Source: an uncultured Sulfitobacter sp.
Lineage (GTDB): Bacteria; Pseudomonadota; Alphaproteobacteria; Rhodobacterales; Rhodobacteraceae
DNA: 64,000 nucleotides
Assembly (NCBI GenBank): GCA_905182645.1
Contig: CAJJCJ010000014.1
Location: 23,564 to 87,563, forward strand
Direction: 5' to 3'
The position numbers and the translations under genes were made by a program. Each line of letters begins with the position of its first letter. Position 1 is the stretch's first letter. Positions 30,242-41,125 of this stretch are shown piece by piece. The notes beneath the pieces were generated by a model that worked only from the letters and a program-made list of their open reading frames with translations, was not told the DNA's origin and ran no database searches.

Positions 30242-31513
30242 CTAAGACGGCTTTGTCAGTACCGCAATATAGAAACCGTCCATGCCGCCCATTTCTGGCC
30301 AATAATCAGGGCGCAGACGCAGGCCACCTTCAAAGGTTGTCCAATCAGGATCAATGCCAGCGCGGTCTGTCGCGGTGCGGACCACAGTCAGGCCTGGATG
30401 ACGCTCTAGCGCCTCTTCGACCTGCACTTCGCCTTCGTCAGGCAGCAATGAACAGGTACAAAATACCAGCTTACCGCCCGGCTTTAGCAGGGTCAGGGAA
30501 TGGTCGATCATAGCTTCTTGTTGGGCGATCAAATCGGCGAATTCTGTGCCGTCTTTGGCATAGGGCAAATCGGGGTGACGGCGAATGGTGCCCGTCGCGG
30601 AACACGGTGCATCCAGCAGAACGGCATCATATTGGCCCGTCAGATCGAACGCATCTGCGACTTGCAGGTCAGCCTTTAGTTTCACGCGAGATAGATTTTC
30701 ATCCACGCGCCCCATGCGGGTTTTGGAAATATCCACCGCAGTGACCACAGCACCAGCCGCAGCCAATTGCATGGTTTTCCCACCCGGAGCGGCGCAAATA
30801 TCCAGAACGGTCATGCCCTTTGTCGGGGCAAGCATCTGCACGGGGATGGCAGCGGCCACATCTTGGACCCACCATTCACCTGCCTCAAATCCAGCAAGGC
30901 TACTGACCTGACCCACATTTAGCACGCGCACCGACCCTGTCGGCAAAACAAAACCGTCGACCGCAGCGGCCAAAGCCGCTGGATCACCTTTTGGTGTCAA
31001 ATCAAGCGGCGCGCCAGCAAAATGCGCGGCGTCCATTGCGTCCATCGGCTTGCGACCCCACGCGGCGACCATTGGCTGGCGTAACCAACCTGGCATCAGC
31101 GGGACGTTACGTTTATGCCAAGCATCAGGGCCCTCGGCTGCAATTTTCCGCAGCACGGCGTTGACCATACCCTTGAACGAATGGGTGTTCTTATTCTGCG
31201 ATGTGATCTCGACATAGGCGTTCACAACGCCGTGGGCTGCCTCGCCACCAGTCAGTTCGATCACCCCAAGACGCAGGGCATTCATGACGTTTTCTGGCGG
31301 GGCCTTTTTCAAATATGGCTTAAGCATCCGGTCAGCGCGGTCCAACCCACGCAACGCATCGGTGGTCAAACGCTGGGCGCGGGCACGGTCTGCTGGCTCC
31401 AGATGATCCAACGCACCTCCACCGATTAGCTCTGACAACAGGCGGCCGTCCTCAAAAATCTGATCCATCAGATAATGCGCGGCGCGGCGCGGTGGCAGAC
31501 CTGTTTTGCTCAT
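30242..31513 (-). CDS. RsmB/NOP family RNA m5C methyltransferase
   Basis: DICAAPGGKT, LLDAPCSATGTIRRHPD, CTCSL. Confidence 0.92.
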   Translation of the reverse strand: MSKTGLPPRRAAHYLMDQIFEDGRLLSELIGGGALDHLEPADRARAQRLTTDALRGLDRADRMLKPYLKKAPPENVMNALRLGVIELTGGEAAHGVVNAYVEITSQNKNTHSFKGMVNAVLRKIAAEGPDAWHKRNVPLMPGWLRQPMVAAWGRKPMDAMDAAHFAGAPLDLTPKGDPAALAAAVDGFVLPTGSVRVLNVGQVSSLAGFEAGEWWVQDVAAAIPVQMLAPTKGMTVLDICAAPGGKTMQLAAAGAVVTAVDISKTRMGRVDENLSRVKLKADLQVADAFDLTGQYDAVLLDAPCSATGTIRRHPDLPYAKDGTEFADLIAQQEAMIDHSLTLLKPGGKLVFCTCSLLPDEGEVQVEEALERHPGLTVVRTATDRAGIDPDWTTFEGGLRLRPDYWPEMGGMDGFYIAVLTKPS

Positions 31514-31582
31514 GGGGAATCCCTTGTTTTCACTGCCGCTGGGGGTATATCAATCATGACGATCCCACAAGGAGCAGCCCCA

Positions 31583-31750
31583 ATGACAAAAGACATGCCC
31601 GATGCGGCGAAGCGCGCCTTGGCCGAAGCCGATGAGCGACGCAAAAAAGCCGGCGATGTTGCGTTGCCAAAAGAGCTTGGCGGACGCGACGGCCCCGAAG
31701 CCGTGCGCTATGGCGATTGGGAGAAAAAGGGCATCGCCATCGATTTCTAA
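31583..31750 (+). CDS. DUF1674 / SdhAF4-like small protein
   Basis: ELGGRDGPEAVRYGDWEKKGIAIDF signature. Confidence 0.88.
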   Translation: MTKDMPDAAKRALAEADERRKKAGDVALPKELGGRDGPEAVRYGDWEKKGIAIDF

Positions 31751-31813
31751 TCGGCGATGGACAACGCAGGCCCATGGCGCAAAACTGACGCAACTGCATT
31801 AAGGGGCCACGCC

Positions 31814-32590
31814 ATGAAACTCGACATCAATCCATTCACCCACGCGATCAATGCGGGAACTAAGCAAATCGGTCTTTGGATCACCCTCGCTGACGGGCTT
31901 GCCGCCGAAGTTGTGGCGGGGTCTGGTTACGATTGGGTCGTTGTCGACACCGAGCATTCGCCTGGTGACGGGCTAGACACAGCTGCGCAACTACAAGCGT
32001 TCGCAGGGACAAACACAACCGCACTTGTACGCCCCGCTTGGAATGACGCCGTGCTGATCAAACGGGCGTTGGACCTTGGGGCAAAAGGCCTTGTGATCCC
32101 GATGATCCAATCGGTTGAGGAAGCAAAGCAAGCCATCGCCGCAACGCGCTATCCACCTCACGGCATTCGCGGTGTTGCTGGCGGCACGCGGGCCACGAAT
32201 TTCGGACGGATCACCGATTATTATGACCGCATAGACACCGAACTGACCGTCATCTTGCAGCTTGAAACCGCAGCAGCGATCAGTTGCGCGGCAGAAATCG
32301 CTGCCCTTGATGGGGTCGACGGGATCTTCTTTGGGCCCGCAGACATCGCGGCAGACATCGGACATTTGGGCAACCCGATGCATGAAGACGTCTGGGCATT
32401 GATCAAACCCGCAGCTGCCAAATTGCAAGCGATGGGCATGCCCTGCGGCACGCTGGTTTTGGACACGGAATTTGCAGCGGACCTGCTGAACAACGGTTTC
32501 ACATTCGTAGCAACAGGCACCGATGCATCCGCATTCGCGCGGGCTGTTGACGGGCTTTTGGCGCAGGTCAAAGACGGTTTGGCGGATTAA
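31814..32590 (+). CDS. HpcH/HpaI class II aldolase
   Basis: YDWVVVDTEHSP, LVRP, RYPPHGIRG, QLET, FFGPAD. Confidence 0.9.
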   Translation: MKLDINPFTHAINAGTKQIGLWITLADGLAAEVVAGSGYDWVVVDTEHSPGDGLDTAAQLQAFAGTNTTALVRPAWNDAVLIKRALDLGAKGLVIPMIQSVEEAKQAIAATRYPPHGIRGVAGGTRATNFGRITDYYDRIDTELTVILQLETAAAISCAAEIAALDGVDGIFFGPADIAADIGHLGNPMHEDVWALIKPAAAKLQAMGMPCGTLVLDTEFAADLLNNGFTFVATGTDASAFARAVDGLLAQVKDGLAD

Positions 32591-33432
32591 CCCCGCGCGC
32601 GACTTGGCGGTTGGCCAAATTTGCGGGCGAAATCACGGCTGAAATGGGTTGGGCTTTCGTATCCCACGGCATAGCTGACTGCGGACACTGAATCGTCCTG
32701 CGTCCGCAACAAATCACGCGCAGCAATCAGGCGGACGTCCTTGATATACTGCAGCGGAGTCGTGCCAGTGATGTGTTTAAAGTGGGTATGAAACGACGAC
32801 GGGCTCATGCCAACATCTGCAGCCAATGGGTTGATCGCAATCGGTGACCCGTATCGTGAACGGATCACGCCAATCGCCTTGGCGACGCGGCTGGCATGGC
32901 TATCCACTGTCATCAGATCGCGCAGCATGGCGCCCATATCGGACATCAACAAACGATAGTGGATTTCTTGCAAAACCTGCGGTCCCAGCACGGCTGCATC
33001 CAAAGGATTTTCAGCCAGCGCCATATATCGACCCAGCACGTCAATCACACTTTTGTCCGGCGTTTTGACCAACAATGGGGTCGCATCCCGTGTCGGCGGC
33101 AGATGGTCTGCAACCTGTTCGTAAAGGCCGCGCATAAGGCGCAGATCCAGCTGCAAAACCAGTGCCAAATAGGTCTGGGTCGGGCCTGCGCCAATGATTC
33201 TTGACCGGACAGGCACATGATGACTGACCAACAACGCATCACCTGCAGTGGGGCGGGCGCAATGATCACCGGACCACGTTTCCTTTGCGCCGCGCAGGAT
33301 AAGACAGATCACAGGGCTATACATTGTTGCCTCAAAATCCGTCGGCACCGCCTTTTCCAATACAAACGCATTGGGCAACGCGGGCAGCGCGGCGCGGGCA
33401 TAGGTCTCGCAAACTGGGATCAGGCTGTGCAT
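32587..33432 (-). CDS. AraC family transcriptional regulator
   Basis: C-terminal HTH with TTPLQYIK and VGYESPTHFSRDF; divergent from the aldo/keto reductase. Confidence 0.9.
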   Translation of the reverse strand: MHSLIPVCETYARAALPALPNAFVLEKAVPTDFEATMYSPVICLILRGAKETWSGDHCARPTAGDALLVSHHVPVRSRIIGAGPTQTYLALVLQLDLRLMRGLYEQVADHLPPTRDATPLLVKTPDKSVIDVLGRYMALAENPLDAAVLGPQVLQEIHYRLLMSDMGAMLRDLMTVDSHASRVAKAIGVIRSRYGSPIAINPLAADVGMSPSSFHTHFKHITGTTPLQYIKDVRLIAARDLLRTQDDSVSAVSYAVGYESPTHFSRDFARKFGQPPSRARG

Positions 33433-33598
33433 CGCTATCAGTCTCCAAATGGCTGGGACAGCCTTAGCTGGTCAAATTCACGCTGACACGCATTTTCGTG
33501 ATGATTTGTAGAAATTAATAGGTTTGCCGGAGGATACGGTAGGTAAACTTACGCGAACTCACATAATTTGAATGAAATAAATGCATCAGGAGCAAACC

Positions 33599-34513
33599 AT
33601 GACCATCACCCAAGACACGTTTCGCCTTAACGACACAACACAAATACCTGTGGTGGGGTTTGGAACTTATCTGATCGATAGCGCAGATGCAGCGGCGACT
33701 GTCGCGACCGCTGTTGAAATCGGCTACCGGCATATCGATACAGCTGCAGCCTATGGAAACGAGGCTGAAGTCGGCAAAGGCATCGCGCGCGGGTGCAAAG
33801 CCGCTGGGATCACGCGCGCCCACATCTTTGTGACCGCAAAACTATGGCCCGGGAATCCGGCATGGGGGGATGCCCCCAAAGACGGTGCGACGACGACCGC
33901 TGCGTTTGAAGATAGCATGACCAAGCTTGGGATCGACTATGCCGATCTTTACCTGATCCACGCACCTTACGGCGGTGACCTTCGGCTGATGCAATGGCGC
34001 GCGCTGCTTGACTTGCAATCCGCAGGCAAGGCACGCGCAATTGGGGTCAGCAATTTTAACGTCACACATTTGGACGAGATCAAGAATGCGGGCCTGCCGA
34101 TGCCAGATGCCAACCAAATCGAGTTGCATCCATGGGCCCAGAAACCTGCGTTTCTCAGCTATATGGTCGCAAATGAAATTGCGCCGATCGCCTATAGCAG
34201 CCTCGTGCCACTGTCGACGTGGCGCACACAAGACGGGCAAGCCAGCGCTAAAACGGATGACATGAAAGCCAGTTCTGCGGCGTTTGCATCTATGGCCGCC
34301 AAATATGGGATCAGTGAAGCGCAGTTGCTTTTACGGTGGGGTGTTCAAAACGGTTTTGCTGTCTTGCCAAAATCCATGAACGCAGACCGCATGCGATTGA
34401 ACATTGACCTAAGCGGGTTTGAAATAGACGCCGCCGATCTGGCCCTCATAAAAACGATGGACCGCGGTCATGGCGTTGCTTGGGCATCCGGCGATCCAAG
34501 TCTTGCAGAATAG
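33599..34513 (+). CDS. Aldo/keto reductase
   Basis: GYRHIDTAAAYGNE, DLYLIH, IGVSNF, NQIELHP, VLPKS. Confidence 0.92.
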   Translation: MTITQDTFRLNDTTQIPVVGFGTYLIDSADAAATVATAVEIGYRHIDTAAAYGNEAEVGKGIARGCKAAGITRAHIFVTAKLWPGNPAWGDAPKDGATTTAAFEDSMTKLGIDYADLYLIHAPYGGDLRLMQWRALLDLQSAGKARAIGVSNFNVTHLDEIKNAGLPMPDANQIELHPWAQKPAFLSYMVANEIAPIAYSSLVPLSTWRTQDGQASAKTDDMKASSAAFASMAAKYGISEAQLLLRWGVQNGFAVLPKSMNADRMRLNIDLSGFEIDAADLALIKTMDRGHGVAWASGDPSLAE

Positions 34514-34524
34514 TCGATAAAGAC

Positions 34525-34554
34525 AAAAATGCCCGCCAAACCTGGCGGGCATTT
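34525..34554. terminator. Terminator between convergent aldo/keto reductase and rpsO
   Basis: AAATGCCCGCCA-aacc-TGGCGGGCATTT, with the longer T-run on the minus strand. Confidence 0.8.
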
Positions 34555-34580
34555 CCGTATTAGCGTGACATGTGCGGCAG

Positions 34581-34850
34581 TTAGCGGCGCAGGCCCAAAC
34601 GTTTGATCAGGTCCTGATAACGGGCCTCATCTTTGCCGCGCGCATAATCCAGCAACTTACGACGCAGAGCAACCATTTTCAAAAGACCACGGCGACCGTG
34701 GTTGTCTTTTTTGTGGGTCTTGAAGTGCTCTGTCAGGGTGGCGATGCGGGATGACAGGATCGCAACTTGAACTTCGGGCGAACCAGTGTCGCCTTCTTTC
34801 GTTGCGAATTCTTTCATTACGCGTGCTTTTTCTTCAGCAGTAATCGACAT
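34581..34850 (-). CDS. rpsO: 30S ribosomal protein S15
   Basis: [27 protein letters not shown]. Confidence 0.98.
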   Translation of the reverse strand: MSITAEEKARVMKEFATKEGDTGSPEVQVAILSSRIATLTEHFKTHKKDNHGRRGLLKMVALRRKLLDYARGKDEARYQDLIKRLGLRR

Positions 34851-34854
34851 CGGG

Positions 34855-34925
34855 GTCTCCTAGTCTAAGGGTTGATGGCGCGATCCGGGATGTCGTCCAG
34901 AAAAGGCCCATGGAGTATCCGCCCA
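34855..34925 (-). promoter_or_regulatory. Probable S15 autoregulatory leader
   Basis: GC-rich 5' UTR (CTGGACGACATCCCGG...GCCATCAACCC) upstream of rpsO. S15 leaders are known in alphaproteobacteria; the structure was not computed. Confidence 0.4.
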
Positions 34926-35005
34926 AAGGGATTCCCTGTGCGGATGGCTGCGTTTAAGACAGTAACATCAAAAAGAAAAGGATTTTGTCTAGACGTGCCG
35001 TCATG

Positions 35006-35860
35006 TCAAACTGCTGTCAGCAAAATTGGCACACTGGCCAAGTCCAGCGCGGCGTGCCCTGCAAAGGTGGCGACGATTTCACCGTCAGCAAACAGTCGAA
35101 CCCCATCGTCGGTATCTTCTAACCGCAATGTCGGGGCTGTCGTCAATGCATCATACGTCACTTCGATCGTATCTTCATCAAGTTTGAAGTCGTCTACATA
35201 GGCGTTGAAATCACTGCTTAACCCAAACAGATCGGACCCAGTGCCGCAATTCAAATGATCTCCAATACCAGCGAGCAGCACATCGTCATCCGCACTGCCA
35301 TTCAAGTAATCCATCGCGCCATCATCGTTGCTACCATGCAGCAGATCATCGCCATACCCACCAAACAGAACATCGGCACCATTACCGCCAATTAACGTGT
35401 CATTTCCCAGATATCCCTGAAGCGCGTCGTTGCCATCACCGCCTTGCAGAATATCCGTGCCGTCACCACCGATCATCTCATCGTCGCCGGTTCCACCGAA
35501 CATCATATCGTCACCGACATGGCCGAAAAGCGCGTCATCGCCACCGCCGCCAATGATCACGTCGTCGCCGCGCCCACCATGCAATTCATCATCACCATCA
35601 CCGCCGTCGATCGTGTCATTGCCGTCCTCGGCATCGATCAGGTCATCACCGTTACCTGATAATATAATGGCATCATCACTCGTTTGAACAGACACATCCT
35701 GCGCGCTGTCATCAAGAATGGCGTCCAAGCTTACGATTTCTGGTTCTTTACCAGTATAGGTCGATGTATCGTCTTCGGTGTCGTCGCCAAAGCCAAAGTC
35801 CGCGCCGGTAAACATTACCGCCGACAGTGCCAGGCTCAATAATCCAAGTATCGCGAACAT
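35006..35860 (-). CDS. RTX/hemolysin-type calcium-binding repeat protein
   Basis: Many GGxGxDxLx nonapeptides, hydrophobic N-terminus, very acidic. Confidence 0.85.
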   Translation of the reverse strand: MFAILGLLSLALSAVMFTGADFGFGDDTEDDTSTYTGKEPEIVSLDAILDDSAQDVSVQTSDDAIILSGNGDDLIDAEDGNDTIDGGDGDDELHGGRGDDVIIGGGGDDALFGHVGDDMMFGGTGDDEMIGGDGTDILQGGDGNDALQGYLGNDTLIGGNGADVLFGGYGDDLLHGSNDDGAMDYLNGSADDDVLLAGIGDHLNCGTGSDLFGLSSDFNAYVDDFKLDEDTIEVTYDALTTAPTLRLEDTDDGVRLFADGEIVATFAGHAALDLASVPILLTAV

Positions 35861-35950
35861 CGAGCATCTTCCGCAAATCAAGGTCGCCCCGACCCAAGCC
35901 ACAGATGTAGCACGTAGGGTCTGCTGGATGGATCAATTCGCAGCGAATGG

Positions 35951-36838
35951 TTAACGGCCAGTGAAATACGGGACGAATGCATCCAGAACGCTTGCGGGAT
36001 TTTCTTCCATCACAAAATGCCCACTGTCACAGCTGGAATCAGTTACGCCGTCACACCAGCCCTTCCAAAGTTCGGCAGGTTTTGTCGTCTGTGCCGGAAA
36101 TCCCGACCTCGCCCACAAGAAATGCAGCGGTGCTTTGATTTTTCGACCAGCAGCGCGGTCAGCCTCGTCCAATGCTTTGTCAAACGTCGCACCAGCGCGG
36201 TAGTCGGCGCACATCGCATGCAATCGGGCGGGGTCTTGGGCCTGCGCGCGGTAGCTGGCCAATGCATCCAGCGCAAAAACGTCCAGCGATTTAGCGAGGG
36301 TCCAGCCACCGAGCGTCCAATTGATATAGCCCACAGGGTCAGCCCCGATCATGCGCTCTGGTAAGGGGGCGGGTTGGGCAAGAAACGTCCAGTGGTATGC
36401 TTTGATCGCAATATTGGCATCCCAATTGGCCCAGAAATCCCCGGTGGGAACGATCTCGATGATCCCAAGGCGGTCGATCCTGTCGGGGTTATCCAACGCG
36501 AACCGGTATGCGACGCGCCCGCCGCGGTCATGTCCAAGGATATGTGCAGATGGCAGGTCCAGCGCTTCCATCATGGCCACGATATCCGCCGCCATCTGAC
36601 GTTTGCTATAGGTCGTATGATCGGCGTCATCCGCTGGTGCGTCGCTGTCGCCATACCCGCGCAGATCAGGGATGATCACGTCGAAATGTTCGGCCAGTGT
36701 CGGGGCAACTGAGGCCCAACAATGGTGGTTCTGCGGATACCCATGCAGCAAGATCAGCGGATGGCCTTTGCCGGCACGGTGAACAGACAAACGGACATCG
36801 CCACAGTGGATAGTGGACTGGGTGAAGCCTTGGATCAT
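35951..36838 (-). CDS. Alpha/beta hydrolase, haloacetate dehalogenase-like
   Basis: LLHGYPQ, DLRGYG, YSKRQMA, GHDRGGR (Asp nucleophile), YHWTFLAQ, CADYRA. Confidence 0.85.
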   Translation of the reverse strand: MIQGFTQSTIHCGDVRLSVHRAGKGHPLILLHGYPQNHHCWASVAPTLAEHFDVIIPDLRGYGDSDAPADDADHTTYSKRQMAADIVAMMEALDLPSAHILGHDRGGRVAYRFALDNPDRIDRLGIIEIVPTGDFWANWDANIAIKAYHWTFLAQPAPLPERMIGADPVGYINWTLGGWTLAKSLDVFALDALASYRAQAQDPARLHAMCADYRAGATFDKALDEADRAAGRKIKAPLHFLWARSGFPAQTTKPAELWKGWCDGVTDSSCDSGHFVMEENPASVLDAFVPYFTGR

Positions 36839-37347
36839 GTGTGCTCCCATAAGGCTGGCTGTTGGGTATAGGCGATATAAAGCGGGTGCTTTGGATGGCC
36901 GTGCTTGGTCAAACCAAGCGCGTATATAAGATGCGGTGCTTGTCGCAGCATCGCCTCGACCTGTGGGCCGCGGTCACGGTGCACACCGTGAGTGCCCCAC
37001 GCCGCAATGACAGTATCGGCCCAATCGGCGCCATCCCGGATCGTCGCGTCATTGTCTGGGCCAACCGGATCAGCGGCGGCCCGCATATTGCGCGGATCGG
37101 TGTCGCGCCACGCAAAGATATTCGTCACCCGAAAAGCACCAAACCCAAGCGCCCGAGAGCGCCGCTCGCAACGCTCAACAGTTGGGTCGTTCTGGATTTC
37201 GGTAGCAGTGGACGGATTGAGCATAACAAACAAGGCGCGTTTGCCAGTGTCATCCCAGACCCGCGTGAGCGCATAGCGATAGCGTTCACAATCAGAATAG
37301 ATCGCGGTGGATCGGGACAAAAGCGTGTCGTGGGTGCGTGTGATCAT
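36835..37347 (-). CDS. DUF1643 domain protein
   Basis: YRYALTRVW, MLNPSTA, DPTV, NIFAWRDTDP, AAWG, PKHPLY. Confidence 0.88.
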   Translation of the reverse strand: MITRTHDTLLSRSTAIYSDCERYRYALTRVWDDTGKRALFVMLNPSTATEIQNDPTVERCERRSRALGFGAFRVTNIFAWRDTDPRNMRAAADPVGPDNDATIRDGADWADTVIAAWGTHGVHRDRGPQVEAMLRQAPHLIYALGLTKHGHPKHPLYIAYTQQPALWEHT

Positions 37348-37370
37348 ATGCGGACCCTATGCAAAGGGAT

Positions 37371-37437
37371 GATGGGTTAAAACCCATCCTACACATGTCA
37401 GTGCCCGCTGCACGCGTAGGATGGGTTTTAACCCATC
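37371..37437. repeat. Inverted pair of 22-bp GTAG-family REP elements (REPIN-like)
   Basis: 37371-37392 is the exact reverse complement of 37416-37437 (GTAGGATGGGTTTTAACCCATC). Each copy has an internal GATGGGTT/AACCCATC palindrome. Confidence 0.8.
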
Positions 37438-38345
37438 TGCGCTGGTACAAACACGCGGGACGGATGTAACTCACCGCTCCGGTAATTACCAACAGCGACG
37501 GCTATGCCATCATGGCTCGCCCAGACTTCTTGGTCATAATCCAAACCACTGGCGATCACGGGTGCCGCATTGCCGTTGCGCAACTTCACAAGGCTCGACG
37601 CTGGACAGCTGACCTTTTCCAGATCAACCAACCCAAGCTCCAACGGTTGAATAAACGCATCCAATTCAACCGTCTTCGCCAACTCCTGAACGCGGTCCAG
37701 CGTGACCCCATCAGATGCATCAAATGGCCCAGACCAAGTCCGACGCAGTTTCAGGACATGACCATAGCACCCAAGCTTATCACCCAAATCGCGCGCAATC
37801 GAGCGCACATAGCCGCCTTTACCGCATGTCATCTCAAGCACCACATGATCCGCGTCAAGGCGGTCAATCAGCAGCAGTTCCTCAACCCACAGGTCACGGG
37901 CAGCCAGATCCATCTCTTCGCCATCGCGGGCCTTTTTATACGCACGCACACCGTCAACTTTGACAGCGGAAAACTGTGGCGGAACCTGCCGGATTTCACC
38001 AACAAACGGGCTGAGCGCGGCTTTGATCTGTTCGTCCGTAGGACGAATATCTGACGTAGAAATCACTTCACCTTCGGCATCGTCCGTGTTCGTAGCTTGG
38101 CCCAACCGCACAGTAAACGTGTAACACTTCAACGCATCGGTAATGTAGGGAACCGTCTTGGTGGCCTCGCCCAGCGCAATCGCCAACACACCTGTGGCTT
38201 CGGGATCAAGCGTACCCGCATGGCCCGCCTTCTTGGCATCCAGCGCCCAGCGCACCTTATTGACGACGGCGGTCGATGTGATGCCCGCAGGCTTATCCAC
38301 GATCACCCAGCCAGAAATGTCGCGTCCCTTGCGTCTGCGTCCCAT
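37428..38345 (-). CDS. truB: tRNA pseudouridine(55) synthase
   Basis: [40 protein letters not shown]. Confidence 0.96.
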   Translation of the reverse strand: MGRRRKGRDISGWVIVDKPAGITSTAVVNKVRWALDAKKAGHAGTLDPEATGVLAIALGEATKTVPYITDALKCYTFTVRLGQATNTDDAEGEVISTSDIRPTDEQIKAALSPFVGEIRQVPPQFSAVKVDGVRAYKKARDGEEMDLAARDLWVEELLLIDRLDADHVVLEMTCGKGGYVRSIARDLGDKLGCYGHVLKLRRTWSGPFDASDGVTLDRVQELAKTVELDAFIQPLELGLVDLEKVSCPASSLVKLRNGNAAPVIASGLDYDQEVWASHDGIAVAVGNYRSGELHPSRVFVPAQMG

Positions 38346-38403
38346 GTGTCACCTTATTTGCATATCAGATTGGCCTGCTAGCGGGCCTAGGTCCGTGCGT
38401 CAA

Positions 38404-39120
38404 CTACTCGACGACACCAACGATCGGGCCAAGCCAGAAACCAACGTCAGATCGACCAAGATTCGGGGCGTGCAGGCGGGACACCTTGCCGTCAAAATAC
38501 AGCGCATTCGGCGTGCGTAAAACATCACGGAAAAACACGCCAAACGCGTGGAAATTCACAACATCATTTGAAATGACAAACATCGCGGTGGATCCATCAT
38601 CACTGGTGCCAACACCGTTACGAATATACTTGGATGTGCCGTCGGGCAAAAATCGAGGATGCAACGCGCCATCAATCACCAGCATCGGACCGGACTGTGT
38701 GGCATCACGACAAACCGGTGCGTCTTCCACAAACTGCAGCGTCTCATATACCCGCGCATCAGCGTCATTGATACAAAGCACGCCATTCGGCAGCAGCCCA
38801 AAATTTCCAGGACCGGCGTTCGGGACAATGCGCATAGCCTGCACACCGTCTTGCACAAAATGCCCAACAGGGGCGCGGTCCTCGTGGTACATGCCAGCGT
38901 TCATCGCAAACGCCAATCGGGTGTCACCCAACGTATCATCAATATTGCGAAAGTTGCCGAGGATATGACCATCGCCATCACGCAAGAACAGGCGCAAATC
39001 CTCGACCGCAACATCAACGGTGCAAACAGTATACCTGTTGCCAGCGCTTGTCATATCTTCGCAGGTGACTGCGACAGCTGAACTGGCCCAAAACAGGGCC
39101 AAAACAGCCCAGCGGATCAA
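38404..39120 (-). CDS. Phosphodiester glycosidase family protein (YigE/NAGPA-like)
   Basis: FAMNAGMY, GNFGLLPNGV, QSGPMLV, RNGVG, ALYFDG. Confidence 0.82.
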   Translation of the reverse strand: MIRWAVLALFWASSAVAVTCEDMTSAGNRYTVCTVDVAVEDLRLFLRDGDGHILGNFRNIDDTLGDTRLAFAMNAGMYHEDRAPVGHFVQDGVQAMRIVPNAGPGNFGLLPNGVLCINDADARVYETLQFVEDAPVCRDATQSGPMLVIDGALHPRFLPDGTSKYIRNGVGTSDDGSTAMFVISNDVVNFHAFGVFFRDVLRTPNALYFDGKVSRLHAPNLGRSDVGFWLGPIVGVVE

Positions 39121-39512
39121 TCGTCCAAATCCTGCTTTACATGGCCCTCGGCCAGCAAGGCGGCAGTGGCATCCATCTGATCAAACGTGCCATCAATCTC
39201 GAACCGCAATTCAGGAGCATGCTTCATGGAGCCACCTTTGACGACCAAATGGCGGATCTCATAGCGGTTGCGACGCACAGCCGACAACGCCTCTTCCTTT
39301 TGGTTTCCGCCAAGCGGCAAGATAAAGACGGTGGCGATCCGCAGATCAGGCGACATGCGGACCTCGCCCACGGTAATCATGAACTTTGACAGCTCAGGGT
39401 CATGGACCTCGCCGCGTTGCAAGATCGACGATAGGTCACGGCGGATCATCTCACCGACCTTGAGCATACGTTGTGTGGGCGCGCGCCCGTCGCGTGATGT
39501 ATTTTTAGCCAT
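39117..39512 (-). CDS. rbfA: Ribosome-binding factor A
   Basis: RMLKVGEMIR, ITVGEVRMSPDLRIATVF, PELRFEID. Confidence 0.93.
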   Translation of the reverse strand: MAKNTSRDGRAPTQRMLKVGEMIRRDLSSILQRGEVHDPELSKFMITVGEVRMSPDLRIATVFILPLGGNQKEEALSAVRRNRYEIRHLVVKGGSMKHAPELRFEIDGTFDQMDATAALLAEGHVKQDLDD

Positions 39513-39663
39513 GTGGTGCATGTATGCGGTTCCAGGGATTTTGCCAAGCGGGGGTTTTTAGCGGCAGGAACATCGGCGTCGCGCCCTTGGCGACGGTGTA
39601 ATCTCTTGCCGTCATCGTGAAATGCTGCAATTTTTCGATATATAACAATGGTGGAACACCAAA

Positions 39664-40086
39664 ATGCCAGACATAGCCCGAACAGCCCACCAAATGATCT
39701 CAGGGATGACGCCGGTTTTACAGCCCGGAGTTTTCGTTTTCATCACAACAGATGACCCCGCCCTTGTCGCTTCGCTATCTCCGAAAGCCATTTCAACGTT
39801 CAGGGAACAAGAGGGAATGTCGTTGCTGATCTCTGTGGCACTGGCAAAAGAATCGCTACTAAATACGGACTACCCGATGCGATGCATCACGCTCAACGTG
39901 TTTTCTTCACTAGAAGGTGTGGGACTAACTGCGGCTGTGTCATCCGCACTTGGGGACAGTGGTATTGCGTGCAACATGGTTGCCGCATTCCATCACGATC
40001 ACGTCTTTTTGCCGGCGAAAATGTGCGATCGAGCGATGGAGGTTCTACTATCACTGCAGAACCAAGCAGCCAAACACGGCCCATAA
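39664..40086 (+). CDS. ACT domain-containing protein (DUF2241-like)
   Basis: FREQEG, ITLNVFSSLEGVGLTAAV, CNMVAAFHHDHVF. Confidence 0.82.
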   Translation: MPDIARTAHQMISGMTPVLQPGVFVFITTDDPALVASLSPKAISTFREQEGMSLLISVALAKESLLNTDYPMRCITLNVFSSLEGVGLTAAVSSALGDSGIACNMVAAFHHDHVFLPAKMCDRAMEVLLSLQNQAAKHGP

Positions 40087-40250
40087 AAAACGTGATTGTC
40101 GCCCGCGCTGAGTGACGACGGCGCAACCAACATCGGCCTATCGCCCACGGCATACCCTTTCGCCCCCTCACTTCTTCCTAAATACTCACCTATTCCCCCC
40201 CCTTCCCAAACCGCCTATACCGCTGCAAAAGCACACGCAGGAGACACCCC

Positions 40251-41060
40251 ATGACAAACACGCCCGGTATCGTAATCACTGGCGGCTCTGGCCGGATGGG
40301 GCAGATGTTGATTAATCAGGTCACGGCGTCCGACCACTGCAACCTTGTTGGCGTGTTGGAACGGACGGGGCACCCTTGGGTTGGGCGCGATATAGGTGAA
40401 GCCATGGGCGGCGCTGCAATCGGGATCACCGTCACCGACGACGCGTTGGAGGCCTTCGCAAAAGCCCAAGCCGTCATCGATTTTACCGGACCCGAAGCCA
40501 CGGTTGCTTTCGCAGGGCTGGCAGCCCAAGCACGCGCCGTGCATGTGATCGGCACCACCGGACTGTCTGACGACGACCTGAAGGCAATTAACGCCGCAGC
40601 GCGCCACGCGGTTATCGTGCGGGCAGGAAACATGTCGCTGGGCGTGAACCTACTTGTGAAACTGACGGAGAAAGTCGCAGCAGCGCTGGACGCAGACTTC
40701 GATATCGAAATCACCGAGGCGCATCACAACCAAAAGGTCGACGCACCGTCGGGGACAGCCCTGATGCTGGGACAAGCAGCCGCAGCCGGTCGCGGGGTAG
40801 ACCTTGTTGTTGTGCGCGACAGCGGACGCGACGGCATCACCGGTGCGCGCAAACGCGGCGATATCGGGTTCACCGCGATCCGTGGCGGCGACATTGTGGG
40901 CGACCACGACGTGCTATTTGCAGCGATGGGCGAACAAATCACACTGCGGCACCGCGCCACCGATCGGGCCGTATTCGCACGTGGCGCGCTCAAGGCCGCG
41001 CTGTGGGGCCAAGATAAGCCCCCCGGCGAATACGATATGATGGATGTGCTTGGTCTTTAA
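40251..41060 (+). CDS. dapB: 4-hydroxy-tetrahydrodipicolinate reductase
   Basis: [32 protein letters not shown]. Confidence 0.96.
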   Translation: MTNTPGIVITGGSGRMGQMLINQVTASDHCNLVGVLERTGHPWVGRDIGEAMGGAAIGITVTDDALEAFAKAQAVIDFTGPEATVAFAGLAAQARAVHVIGTTGLSDDDLKAINAAARHAVIVRAGNMSLGVNLLVKLTEKVAAALDADFDIEITEAHHNQKVDAPSGTALMLGQAAAAGRGVDLVVVRDSGRDGITGARKRGDIGFTAIRGGDIVGDHDVLFAAMGEQITLRHRATDRAVFARGALKAALWGQDKPPGEYDMMDVLGL

Positions 41061-41125
41061 GAAAAAGTGAACCAAACGGGCTGTGTCTACGTTAAAAGAG
41101 TAACCCTTTTGACAGGAGCCGCCCA

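Noticed and set aside
35280-35660. Quasi-periodic 27-nt repeats
   Set aside because: They are fully explained by RTX nonapeptide coding repeats.
40130-40230. C-rich low-complexity tract upstream of dapB (G-runs on the minus strand)
   Set aside because: It has no repeat unit or supporting context, so a G-quadruplex or other function cannot be supported.
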